From the NCBI GenBank assembly GCA_964016885.1, contig OZ024742.1:253890001-253954000 (forward strand): a DNA stretch of 64,000 nt. Direction: 5' to 3'. Origin of the DNA: Eledone cirrhosa. Taxonomy: Eukaryota. Positions 52,348-64,000 of the stretch are shown here, piece after piece (within the stretch, counting starts at the first letter, position 1; every line of letters starts with the position of its first letter). The translations under genes were made by a program, and so were the position numbers. Under the pieces are notes generated by a model. That model saw only the letters and a program-made list of their open reading frames with translations. It had not been told where the DNA came from and did not search any database.

Positions 52348-53175
52348 GAAGCATTTTGAGCTATGTAATAAATGATTGATAAGTATTATACTGGGTAAGA
52401 GAAACAATGACCCCCTCTGTCCAGTAATAGCTATATTTAATTTAATTCAACTTTAATTTCAGTACTACTTTCAACTATGCATCTACATTTTCTACTTAAG
52501 TATGGTTATATATATAACTAATAACCTCTACCATCTAATTTACCATGACAATGAGGCATATAAGAATATGTAATATGTTTGTTACCTATCCATCATCATA
52601 TCCTTTTGGTATTGTCAGCATTGGATGACATACATTGAGCTATTGACCAACAACATGAGATCCTCTGAACAATGCACCAATCAAACAAACTTTGGTTCTA
52701 TATCTTGAGTGCTTAGAATTAATTGATTAATTAATTAATTTTCCCCACTTTTCATTATTTCAATATACTCAGTCACTAGTAACCTATTTTCTTTGGACTT
52801 CACGGAGATGGGGAAGACTTCTACATTGGTCACACACCACATTTTCATCCCCAATGCAAATGCACATATATACGCCTGAAATAGTTTTTATCATTCAATA
52901 ATTTACTTTTGGAAAACTTGGCCATTAGGATTAAAATTAACATCCATTGCTTTTATCTTTCTAATTTACTTTCTTAATTTATTTGATGTAAAATTTGCAC
53001 AGAATGTTTATTATCATGTTTTGTAAACATAATTTTTGTAAAATTCTTATAATTCTTGTAACCTTATAACCTTTATAGATTTTTATATGTTATAACTTAT
53101 ATAACTTTTATTCTTGTTTATTTTTATTTTTTACATTTTTGAAATTATTTTCTTTGATTTTCTACGATTAATATA

Positions 53176-53343
53176 CCGTATGTCCTGGTGCTGAAAACGC
53201 TTCATCCTCGACGATGCACCCTAACTTTAACAACAAAAACTTTGAAAAAAAAGGATAAACAACCTTCAGCCTCCAAGACACATGGTAGATTTTTGAGACT
53301 TATTGTAGGAGAAAAGTAGCGTCTTCTACGCCGAGAAATACAG
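53176..53343. mobile_element. Tc1/pogo-type MITE
   Basis: TA-CCGTATGTCCTGGTGCTGAAAACGC ... GCGTCTTCTACGCCGAGAAATACAG-TA imperfect TIRs. Confidence 0.55.
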
Positions 53344-53980
53344 TAAGTCTGTACCTCTCTTTAGTCATTTAACACTTTAAGTCTCCACCATCACACTAAG
53401 CTGGTTTTCAGCCAATGTCTAATAGCACAGAGTTTAATACCCTATGAACTCTGTGGTAGAAAATACTTGGTTGTGATTAATGAATGGCATTTTCTAAGGA
53501 CAGCAGTATTCCTGTTGCCACCTAGCAACCCCCACCCTCTCCAACACACTTACCAGTTTACAATGCTTAGCATTAATTGTTATAACACTGAGTTGGCAAG
53601 CCATCCCCGAATCAAATTGGTTCTCTATTTTCTATTCTCTGCTTGTGTTCGACTTAATCCTGTTGTCTTATGTAACTAATTCTGCAATTAACATCTGATG
53701 AAATCACCTGTCATGTGTCATGATCGGATGATCAAGCTGTGTCATTGAAATATGTATAATGTTTTGACAATTAAAATTCTAAAATAAATTTCCAGTCAGG
53801 CCTTCTGTTGTTTTTAATGAATACTTAACTCCGTTCCTGCACTAGCCACGGAATACCACATCTATGATGGATGATTTGCATAATGTTGAGTGCTTTAATT
53901 TATTGCATCACCATTTACTAACCAGAACCACCAGTTCTACCCATTGGTAAACAGGCTAACTTAAATGGTATACATATATA

Positions 53981-54081
53981 CAGGGTGTCCCCCAAAATTG
54001 TATACAAACTTTGATTACCTGTACAGGCAATATTTATTAGAATACACAGCCTGTGTGTATAGATGATTTTGGGACACCCTG
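53981..54081. mobile_element. 101-bp Tc1/mariner-type MITE
   Basis: TA-CAGGGTGTCCCCCAAAAT ... ATTTTGGGACACCCTG-TA. Confidence 0.8.
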
Positions 54082-54829
54082 TATATATAAAGCCAACGTA
54101 AAACGATGGTGATGATGCTAATGATACATATACATATATACATAAGTATATTTATAGATGTGATTTTGATGTCTACTATGATTTATAAGATTTAACTAAA
54201 TAAATGAATAACCAGGTTTAGTTCATATTATTGTTCTATTATTTCTTGTAAGAAGTTAAACAGAGATATATTAAAAATACAAGCAGCCACAGTAGAATAT
54301 CCGGAGAGGATAATTAGGTGATTCGTTCCAACTTCTAAACTTATTGATTATATTATGTAGCCATTGGATAACGATGGCATGCAAATTAGATTGATCTAAT
54401 TAATGAAGAAGCTCTTTAGTACTGGCTGAAGAGGCATGTAGTAGTGTAGTTGTCTAGCTCTGCAGCAGTGTTAGTCTGTTAGTCCAGTGCAGCCTATAAG
54501 CAGTGTTTTCGTCCCAAGCTAATTAACTGGATGCCAACTGATGTATCATTAAACCATTTGCTTCTGGACAACAATGCTATGCTACAGAAAAAGAAAAAGA
54601 AAAACAAGAAAAAACAAAGAAAACAGCAAACAAAATTTTATCCTTCTGAAATTCAATTGTATAAAACTAACATTGTCTAACTAACAGTGTCCAATTTAAC
54701 ATCATGGGGCAGCAAATATATTTACTTCGCAAGAGAGCTTATATCAGTTTTATATGTGTGTGTGAGTGTGTGTATATGAGTGTGTGTATGTGTATGTGTG
54801 TTTATATTTGTGTATGTGTGTAAGTATGT

Positions 54830-54868
54830 CCTCGGCTAGCAGGGAAAACATACATTAAATGATGATGG

Positions 54869-54957
<89 letters not shown>

Positions 54958-55022
54958 ATGATGATGAGGAGGAGGAGGAGGAGGATGAGGAGGAGGAGGA
55001 GGAGGAGGAGGAGGAAGAAGGA
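54830..55022 (+). repeat. Compound (GAT)n(GCT)n(GAG)n microsatellite grown from an RTE-like tail
   Basis: Preceded by GCTAGCAGGGAAAACATACATTAAAT, which resembles the RTE terminal motif. Confidence 0.8.
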
Positions 55023-55639
55023 GAACGACACACATACATTTATAGAGATATGCATACATACACATATATTGAAAGTGATAGACACTCACACACACACACC
55101 AATATATTTATTGAGATACACAACTTTTGGCTGGTGACTGTAAAGTTCATTAGTATTAATTCAGATGTGAGATATGTGGTGTAGTTGTATTTTTAAGTAG
55201 CAGTGTAATTTAGAGATCATAGCCCCTAAACTAGTGTGATTGCTACTTCAACTGGAAGGTCACTCATACATAGTTGAGTTAAGAGATAACGAATCCTCAA
55301 ATAAAGGGACTAAAGATTTCTTGTGTTTTTCTATTATCATTCAAATACCAATTGGGGTAAAATTTTGTTCCATCAATCACTAATTAACCCATTTGTTACG
55401 AACCTGCCTGTAAGTGGACTTTGTTTTATGATACCAAACTGCCTGTTTTAACCCTTTTCTTACTATATTTCATTTAATTTTGGAAATAATCAAGAATTTG
55501 GAAGGATTTACTAATATAACTAATTTCCTCATTATTAAGTTAGTGTTTGGAACATAACATAATAAGGGTTCTTACATAAAATCATGATGAAAGGCTTTTA
55601 GATAAAAATAAACATGTTAAATGGCAGTGAGACATAGGC

Positions 55640-55955
55640 TTTGAGAGCAAAAGAGTTGCAAAGGCAAGAAAGAAATTAAGTGAGTGTGCTCTGGTGGATA
55701 TATAATGTTAGTGTATATGAACAATGTGTTGTAAGTGAGGGGAAAGAAAAACTTGGTGAACATGTGATGCACATTGGAAATGACAGCTATATAAAAAAGT
55801 GCAGTGAAATCTCTGTGGATGGGACTTGTGAAAGACTTAGGATTTAGTAGTTGATGAAGACTAACCTTAAGAAGCCGAAACTCACAATGAAGATGACAAA
55901 TGACCACAACAATTGGCAACATGCTGTGTTAGAGAGGACCTGTCTACCTGCATAA
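55640..55955 (+). mobile_element. Old RTE C-terminal remnant
   Basis: Decayed HV.HIGNDSYIKKC...KMTNDHNNWQHAVLERT. Confidence 0.6.
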
Positions 55956-56879
55956 AATGTTGCCTGAGTTATCCACATGTTTCCACTTCTCCACTAGCAC
56001 TCCTTAGTAGCTATCCTAAACATTACTTTACCCCCTCACCCGCGTTATGCTCATTTATAGTTATTTCTTGCCACAAATGTTGATATCCACCCTATTTCAG
56101 ACTATAACTATATACCGACCTTTTCCTCATCTCTACTCTATATACCATCATTTCTCACCACCACTCTACATACCCACCTTTTTCTCACCACCACTCTGTA
56201 TACCTACACTATTTCTCACCACCACCCTATATACCCATCCTATTTCTTACCGACACTGTACATATTTGCCCCATTTCTCACCATCACTCCTGAGTAGTTA
56301 TTCTCAAATCAGTACACCCACTACTTCTAAACTTATTACCCACCTGACATACTGCCTTAATAACTGCTATCATCACTATATCCCCCATAAAGACAACCAT
56401 CACCACTATCAGCAGTACACACACACTATCAAAAGTCACCTCCATCCTACTCATTATTCTATCAAATCCCACAACATTTGTCATCTACCATGAAACATCG
56501 TCTTCCTCTACCCCCATAAGGTTTTATTATTGTAGCTGTATTCATTTCTATCGGTTATTTTGATGACATGACTGGCTGCCTACCTCACAATTTCACTCCC
56601 ATCCACCCCCTCACACCACCATAGCCTATTCGACCAATCAAACCTCAGAATGCCATTTCTTCTACTACCACTACCTAACTCTCTCCTCCCCCGTCCCAGC
56701 CCAACACACCCTGCCATTATTACAACCACCACTGTCCTTCTAGCCCTGAGTTTTCCTATCGTTATGTATGGATGAGCTGAGAATAAATTGGAGCAACTCT
56801 GAATTAATAGATGAAATGAATATGAATCCGCAAGCTATCAAGCACCCATGTGAAGCCCCAATCCAGAGGGAGGAAGCAC

Positions 56880-59030
56880 AAAAATTGTGATGTCATTGGA
56901 GAGAAGTTTATCCGGAATGATAAAGGTGAGCTTGCCCTCACAAGTGCTGAGAAGAAAGATACATGGAAGAGTCATTATGATAGATTACTAAATGAGGAGA
57001 ATGCATGGGAAGAAGAGACCATACCCCAAGTAGACCCTATAGAGGGGCCAGCAGTACAAGTCAGCAGCAGCGTAGTAAGTAAGGCAATCAAAGATATGAA
57101 GATGGGGAAGGCAACCGGTCCATCGGGTATAGCTGCCGAAATGCTGAAGGCATCTGGGTCTGTAGGTCACACTATAACCACACGTATTGTTAACCAGGTA
57201 ATACTAGAAGGTGTCATACCAAAAGATTGATGCAGTAGCATCATTGTCAACTGCTACAAAGGTAAAGGTAATGCACTCGATAGAGGAAACTATAGAGGTA
57301 TAAAGCTGATGGACTAGGTCATGAAAGGAACAGAAAGAGTTATAGCACAGTTGATTAGGGACTGGGTGAAACTAGATGAGATGCAATTTGGGTTTGTACC
57401 AGGAAGAGGCACCACTGATGCCCTCTTCCTTGTGAGGCAGTTACAGGAAAAGTACCTAGCTAAAAGTAAGCCACTCTACCTGGCATTCGTCGATCTCGAG
57501 AAAGCCTTTGACAGAGTTCCACGTGCTGTAATCTGATGGGCTCTTAAAAACTAGGAGCAGATGAATGGCTTGTGAAAGCTGTAAAAGCCATGTATAGGGG
57601 AGCAGTCAGCAAAGTTAGGATTAGCAATGAGTATAGCGAGGAATTTAGCGTACAGGTTGGGGTCCACCAGGGCTCTGTTCTTAGCCCTCTCCTGTTCATC
57701 CTAGTCCTGCAGGCAATAACGGAGGAGTTTAAGACCGGATGCTCATGGGAACTCCTGTATGCTGATGACCTCGCACTTATAGCTGAATCCATGGTAGAAC
57801 TAGAGAAGAAATTCCAAACTTGGAAGCAGGGACTAGAAAGAAAGGGTCTCAAAGTCAACATGACAAAGATTAAGGTCCTTGTAAGTAGACGAGAAAACAG
57901 AACCCAGATCCCCTCAGGGAAATGGCTTTGCTCAGTATGTAGGAAAGGTGTAGGTAGGAACTCCAATCTCTGCCCCAAATGCAAACAATGGGTACACAAG
58001 AGATGTAGCAGGATCTCAGGAAGCTTAATTAAGAATGTAGGCTTCACATGCAGCAGCTGGGCTGAAACAGCAAGCAGCAAACAGCCACAGGAAACAAGTA
58101 CCACAAATCTCTGGGAGGGCTCTGTAGAAACAGTAGACAGCTTCTGCTACCTAGGTGACCGAATTAGCAGCGGAGGTGGGTGTTCAGAAAGTACAATAAC
58201 TAGGGTAAGAACGGGATGGAAGAAGTTCAGGGAACTACTGCCACTGCTAGCTGCAAAAGGCTTCTCCCTCAAAATTAAAGGCAGACTGTATGATGTGTGT
58301 ATCCGAACAGCTATGTTACATTGGTGGCGAGACCTGGGCGCTGAAAGTGGAAGACTTATATAGATTAGAGAGAAACAAAACCTGCATGCTCCGATGGATG
58401 TGTAACAGTAATATACGTGAACGACAAAGCATAAATGAATTGAGAGAGAGACTGAGCATAAGAGGAATCAAATGCTGTGTGCAGGAGAGGTGGTTGCGTT
58501 GGTATGGACATGTGATGCGTATGAAGGATGACAGCTGCATAAAAAGGTGCAGAGCACTAGAAGTCAATGGAAACCACGGAGTGGGGAGACCCAAGAAGAC
58601 CTGGGATGAGGTGATAAAAGCCGACCTTACCCAATTACACCTCTCAAAGGTGATGACACACGACCGTGAACTCTGGCGTCACGCAGTAATACAGAGTACC
58701 CAACCTCCCATGAGTACATGCTGAAGCATATAGACAATATGCCCCCACACCCTCCCACTGCAAGTTGGTCATGGAGGTGCCACAGAAAAAAAGCACCCAG
58801 CCCACACTGTAAAGTGGACGTGTAGGCGCTACGAAAAGAACCCAGCACTCACTGTAAATGAGGTTGGTGTTAGGAAGGGCATCCAGCTGTAGAAATCAAG
58901 CCAAAATCAATTCCTGTATGAGCAAGGCATGGTCAGCCGACCAGACACTGCCCACAACAGGACAACCCGTCTAACCCATGCTAGCGTGGAAGAACGGACG
59001 TAAAACGGTGATGATGATGATGATGATGAT
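56880..59030 (+). mobile_element. 5'-truncated RTE LINE copy with several stops and frameshifts
   Basis: ORFs 56850-57230, 57321-57536, 57572-58363 (YADD) and 58290-58724; long 3' UTR; (GAT)n tail at ~59010-59030. Confidence 0.95.
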
Positions 59031-59057
59031 TTGAATCAATAACTGACAATCTTTCTT

Positions 59058-59345
59058 GTGCTGGTGCCATAAAAATGCACCCAGTATACCTGGTAAGATG
59101 GTTGGTGATAGCCAAGGCATCCGGCTATAGAAAGCATGCCAAACAAAGGACCAGGAAGACACCTTAATTGTGTTAAAGACATGTTGGTGCCACAAAAAAA
59201 TGCACTTGGTAGAACTCAGGGCTGCATGTAAGCAAAATGGGGCCCCCGGCATATCTGGGTCAGTAGCTCCATTTGAGTACTGACACAGTCTGTGAAGACC
59301 TGGCCAACCCTTGCTAGCAGAGAAGATAAATGTTGCTGATGCTGC
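59058..59345 (+). mobile_element. Older RTE-related non-autonomous module
   Basis: GTGCTGGTGCCATAAAAATGCACCCAGTATAC...GGTTGG...AAGGCATCCGGCTATAGAAA...CCAACCCTTGCTAGCAGAGAAG. Confidence 0.65.
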
Positions 59346-60564
59346 TTCTGTTTCTGTTGTTATTGTTACTGATGATGATGAAGATGTTGAGGAAGAGGAG
59401 GGGGAGGTGGATGATGATAAACACTTTAAAATAAACAGTTCTGTATCACAGATCCAAGATTGGTTTCAAGCAGTTTGGTATCAAAAAGGTTAAAGATTTC
59501 TCTTGTTTTTCTGTTTTTATACTGAGTTGAGATACAATCTGGTGTAATGTTTTGCTTCATTTGTAAGTAAATAAACTATTTGACTCCATCCTCCATCCTG
59601 TCTGAACACAACCCTTGTTTCATGATACAAAACTGCCTGTTTTAACTCTTAGCCTCCTGTACCACATGAACCACATTAGCAAGACATTCTTGAAAAGTAC
59701 AAAACAGCCCTATGAATTCATAACATTAAAAAAATAAAACCTTTACTACAAACTTTCACATAATTTGTCTACTGATAAAGATATAAACAGTTGAATTACC
59801 AAATTTATTTTTCAATACTTTCTGTTAAATTATCATAGGGTGTAACAGTTAAAGCTTTTATATTAATATATAAAGAATTACAATTTTAAGCAATGACCTT
59901 TTGTTAAATAATATGCCAAACATTACCTTGATAATGAAAATTTAAGCTGCACTGCTAAATTCCTCCATATTCTTCATTATTATCAAAATGTTTCTTAAAA
60001 TGTGTTGTCTAATTAGAAATATACTTTTAAAAAGGGTTAATAATAAAGTATGGTTTTTAGAAATGCATTCAGTTTCTGTCCTCAAGGCAATCTCATTTTA
60101 TCTATTGAAAATATATTCATTGAAATTTGTTTAACGCTGAACATACTATAATGATTTAACAGAAAATATCTAAATATAGGCTTGTTAATTCAAATGTTTA
60201 AATTATCTTTACTAATTGAGAGCTCATTGTGAAAATTTACAGTATAATATTGAATGTGATGTAGTCAAAGTACTGTTCGACACTTGTTAAGAACCTCTTG
60301 TTAATGTGGGTCCATGTGGTACATGACATTAAAATTTAATTAGCTTAAATTATGAAATATCACATTACATTATTATCAGAAACTGATACATTGTAATTTT
60401 AACATACTATTATTAATCAGTACCTCTACAAATATATATATATATAGAGAGAGATAGAGAGAGAAAGAGAGAGAAAGAGATAGATAGATGGATAGATATC
60501 TTTCTTTATTTGCCACAAAGGATATACAGATAGATAGACAGATAGGTAGATAGATAGATAGATA

Positions 60565-60823
60565 AAAACAAAGGTGTGGTAAGATACCAGGTGGACCATA
60601 ACGCACCAGAGTACTCAATACTTAGGGTAGTAGAGGGGGTAATATGAAAAGAGTCAGGACCCCGACGGCTGAGCTCTGGCCGTTTCAACAACTAGATCCA
60701 AACTAAGCCAGCAGTATATTGTGTATATTTGTGGTATGTAATTTTGTGTGTGTGCTGGCTTAGTTCGGATCTGGCTGTTGAAACAGCTGGGGCTCAGCCG
60801 TCAGGGTCCTGACTCTTTTCATA
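60565..60823 (-). mobile_element. Second inverted-head Penelope-like element
   Basis: Arms ~60642-60713 and ~60752-60823; the extension 60565-60641 is the reverse complement of 43274-43351; flanked by (GATA)n on both sides. Confidence 0.65.
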
Positions 60824-60965
60824 AATGGATAGATAGATAGATAGATTAAATCCCAACCACGGTGCCAAGCTTGGCGGTGCGGTTGGAATTTTACATGTCT
60901 CTATACCTAGTCTGCATGTCTCCATGCAATGAGTACTCCCATGCTTAGAAAGAATATATATATAT

Positions 60966-62058
60966 AAGCTATCTAAGAATGTAGACTTTATATGTGGCCG
61001 ATGCTCAGGTGCAGTAAGTATCAAGTGCCCACTGGATACTAGCTCCTTCAACTGCCCAGATGGTTCTATAGAAATAGTAGACACTTTCTGTTACTTCGGT
61101 GACAAAATCAGCTGTGGAGGAGGGTGTACTGAAAGTACAGAGCCAGAGTTAGAACAGGATGGAAAAGTTCAGAGAGCTAATACTGATGTTGGCCACAAAG
61201 GGTTTCTCTCTAAATATGAAAGGCAGATTGTATGATGCTTGTATACGAATGGCAATGTTACATGGTAGTGAGACCTGGGCATTGTGTGCTGAAGACTTGC
61301 ATAGATTAGAAAGAAACGAAGCTTGCATGATCCAATGGATGTGTAACAGTAATGTACGTGAATGGCAAAGCATAAATGAATTGAGAGAGAGACTAAGCCT
61401 AAGAGGTATCAAATGTTGTGTGCAGGAGAGGAGATTGTGTTGGTATGGACATGTGATGCATACGAAGGGCAACAGCTGTATAAAAGAGTGCGGGGCGATC
61501 AAAATTGATGGAAGCTACGGAGTGGATAAACCAAGAAAAACCTGGGACGAGGTGATAATCTGACCTTGCTCACTTATACCCCTCTAATACGATGTCACTG
61601 GATCAAGGTCTTTGGTGCTATGCAATTATACAGAAGATCCACCTTCCCTTACGTACAAACTTAAACCTACAGTCAGAAGGCACCTCTTAAATCAATATGC
61701 CCCCCCACCCCACACACCCTACTCCATCCTCCCACTTCTGTCCACACCACCCTTTCTCTGAAAAGTTATGTTGGTACCATAGAACATCCAATCCATACTG
61801 TAAAGTGGTCATGTAGTTAACATGACAAAAAGCACACAGTCAACACTGTAAAGTGGTCGTGTGGGAGACACGGTAAAAAGGCTCCCAGTCCACACTGTAA
61901 ATGTGGTTGGCGTTAGGAAGGGCATCCAGCCATAGAAAACCTGCCAGAAACAGTTCTATACGAGCGAGACACAGTCACCCAACCAATCTTGCCTCAAGTG
62001 GGACAAACACGTCCAACCCATGCTAGTGTGGAATATACACGTTAAACGATGATGATGA
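60966..62058 (+). mobile_element. 5'-truncated RTE copy inserted within (TA)n
   Basis: ORF 61159-61563; 3' UTR most similar to the 48.4-kb copy; TA repeats directly on both sides. Confidence 0.92.
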
Positions 62059-62635
62059 TATATATATATATATATACATACACAATATTAATTTATAATT
62101 TTATAAAGTCAGCTGTCTCTAACATGTAAACATCTCACTGAAAAGATAATATATATTGATATTAATATATTAATAAATTATCTACCCAGAGAAGTAATAA
62201 AATGTATTAAACTTAAGCGAAAATCTCACTTTGGAGACTAAAATAAGTCAGTCTTTAGTTATTTAATTTGACATTTTTTCTTGAAAATACAACATCCGTA
62301 ATTCCAAGACATTGGAATAACCAATATTGTAAGAATTTCAGTTTCTTCATCAGGAGGAGGAGGATTCTTTCTTAGGAATCAGGGAACAAGTTGAATATAT
62401 ATTATACACAGCATGTCATTGCTAGACAGCATGTTGAACAATGTGTTGTATTTCTGAATTACTATAAAAAGATATCCCACTTAATGTATTAGGACAATAT
62501 GAAGGTCGGGGAATTATATAAGTTAAAACCAACTTATTTTAGCCGATCTATCTAATATCCCCACAAAATGAGATTTTGGCTTAAGTTTAAAATATTTTGT
62601 ATACATATATACATATATGTATGTATGTACATGAA

Positions 62636-62639
<4 letters not shown>

Positions 62640-62729
<90 letters not shown>

Positions 62730-62765
62730 GTTTGTGTGTGTTTGTGTATATATGTGTGTGTTGTT
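62640..62765. repeat. (TA)n(TG)n microsatellite
   Basis: Direct reading. Confidence 0.95.
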
Positions 62766-63446
62766 TAATATCAAATTGTGAAACAATTCTCAATTTAGCA
62801 AACAGAAATTTGTTCGAACTCCAAACTATATAATCTGGAAGAATAAGGCAAAAAAGGAAATAGATATATATATATATATATATATATGGTGAAAAATAAT
62901 GATATACAGAGTTTAAAATGTAAGGAGCATGAGTTGGTGTGGCGTGTTAGGGGTGTGTATGCGTGTAGCGTGTGGTGTGTGTGTTTGTGGCTTGGTGCTA
63001 TGTGGGTGTGGTGTGTGGTATGGGTTTGTATCATGTGTGGCTGTGAGGTGTGTGTGTGTGGTGCATGAGTGGAGTGTGCATGGCATGTAATAGTGTGTGT
63101 ATATGTGCTGTATGTGGTATGTGATTTTGTAGTATGTGATTTTGTGTGTGTGTGTGCATGTGCATGTGTGTGTGTGTGAGTGTGTGTGTGTAGCCATAAA
63201 TATTATTCTCTACTGTATAATCTCCTAGATATTTGGATTTATCTCATATTTTACAGTTAACAGAGTGAATCTTTATCATATATTTTAACATATATTCTAT
63301 ATTTTATGCAGCCAATCTAGATCATATATTTCATAAAATGTTGTTTAAATTTAATGAAATAAAATTACCAGTTCAAATTTTAAATTGAATATATTTTAAA
63401 TAACAGTTTCATGTTAACTCAATACAATTGATTATCATTATCATTA

Positions 63447-63700
63447 TGTGGATTGGCAGTATCGAAAAAAATACTTTGCGACATATAGTTAAGGCCCTTT
63501 ATGGCAGTATCGGTAGAGGGTCGGTTGCTGTGCCTTTCGGCATAGAGTTACACCCCTTTACGTTCTGAGTTCAAATCCTGCCACGGTTATCTTTGCCTTT
63601 CATCCTTACAGTGTTGATAAAATAAAGTACCAGTAATGCACTGGGTGATTAAATTGATTTTCCATTCCCCCAAAATGTTGGCATTGTGCCTAAAGTCGGA
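63447..63700 (+). mobile_element. tRNA-derived SINE with duplicated 5' head
   Basis: TGGCAGTATCG...ATAG.TTA..CCCTTTTA occurs twice before GAGTTCAAATCC and the central domain. Confidence 0.85.
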
Positions 63701-63900
63701 AGGCCAGTTTAAAGAACATTTCCTTAACCATAAGACAACCTTAAACCACCTCAAGAAACAATTGACCATGAAACTAACATGCCATGTATGGTTACTCAAG
63801 AGGACGAGTGTGAACATCTCAATTCTTTGAGAAATCGAGACCACATGTAAAACAATCAAAGGTGTGCTGATTATACTTCTATGAATGATCAAATATCTTA
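63695..63900 (+). mobile_element. Degenerate Penelope-like GIY-YIG endonuclease fragment
   Basis: EGQFKEHFLNHKTTLNH...TMKLTCHVWLLK...NISIL resembles the FKxRyxNHxxSF...STxLSxHIWxLK motif of Penelope endonucleases. Confidence 0.5.
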
Positions 63901-64000
63901 CAGAAGCTACACAAGAGCACATGCTTTAATACAAGGGTTGATCTTTTGGCCGCTGTCTCCACATCGCAAAATTTTGTTACATAACTGGAAAGTCACAGTA

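Noticed and set aside
52580-52670. Candidate minus-strand exon with AG/GT boundaries
   Set aside because: Stop codons in all three frames and no supporting homology.
54300-54580. Enhancer-like cluster (ATGCAAAT, TAATTA)
   Set aside because: Such motifs are expected by chance in AT-rich DNA; no conservation data available.
62325-62360. Hammerhead-like CTGATGA..GAAA on the minus strand
   Set aside because: Stem II is only 2 bp and stems I and III do not close.

Overview
AT-rich, repeat-dominated eukaryotic DNA with no recognisable host protein-coding gene. The repeat content (RTE LINEs with (GAT)n tails, tRNA-type SINEs with (ATT)n tails, long (TA)n tracts) suggests a cephalopod such as octopus; this is inference. 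Bases 1-~17390 are a tandem minisatellite of interleaved 34- and 38-bp units with kb-scale higher-order duplications, and all ORFs there are by-products of the repeat. The rest is a mosaic of transposons: a near-full-length RTE LINE (48.4-52.3 kb, APE + RT, three lesions), several truncated RTE copies, Tx1/L1-like, R4/Dong-like, I-group and Penelope remnants, SINEs, MITEs and microsatellites. Main findings: (i) small non-coding elements carrying hammerhead ribozymes, arranged as 1.2-1.7 tandem monomers or inverted pairs (retrozyme/Penelope-pLTR-like), one with a compensatory U3-A8 core; (ii) a C4HC3 PHD-type finger inside the RT domain of the RTE family; (iii) repeated RTE insertion into (TA)n; (iv) a SINE 3' tail that matches the 3' end of the local Tx1-like LINE. 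All alignments and folds were done by eye, and boundaries of degenerate elements are approximate.
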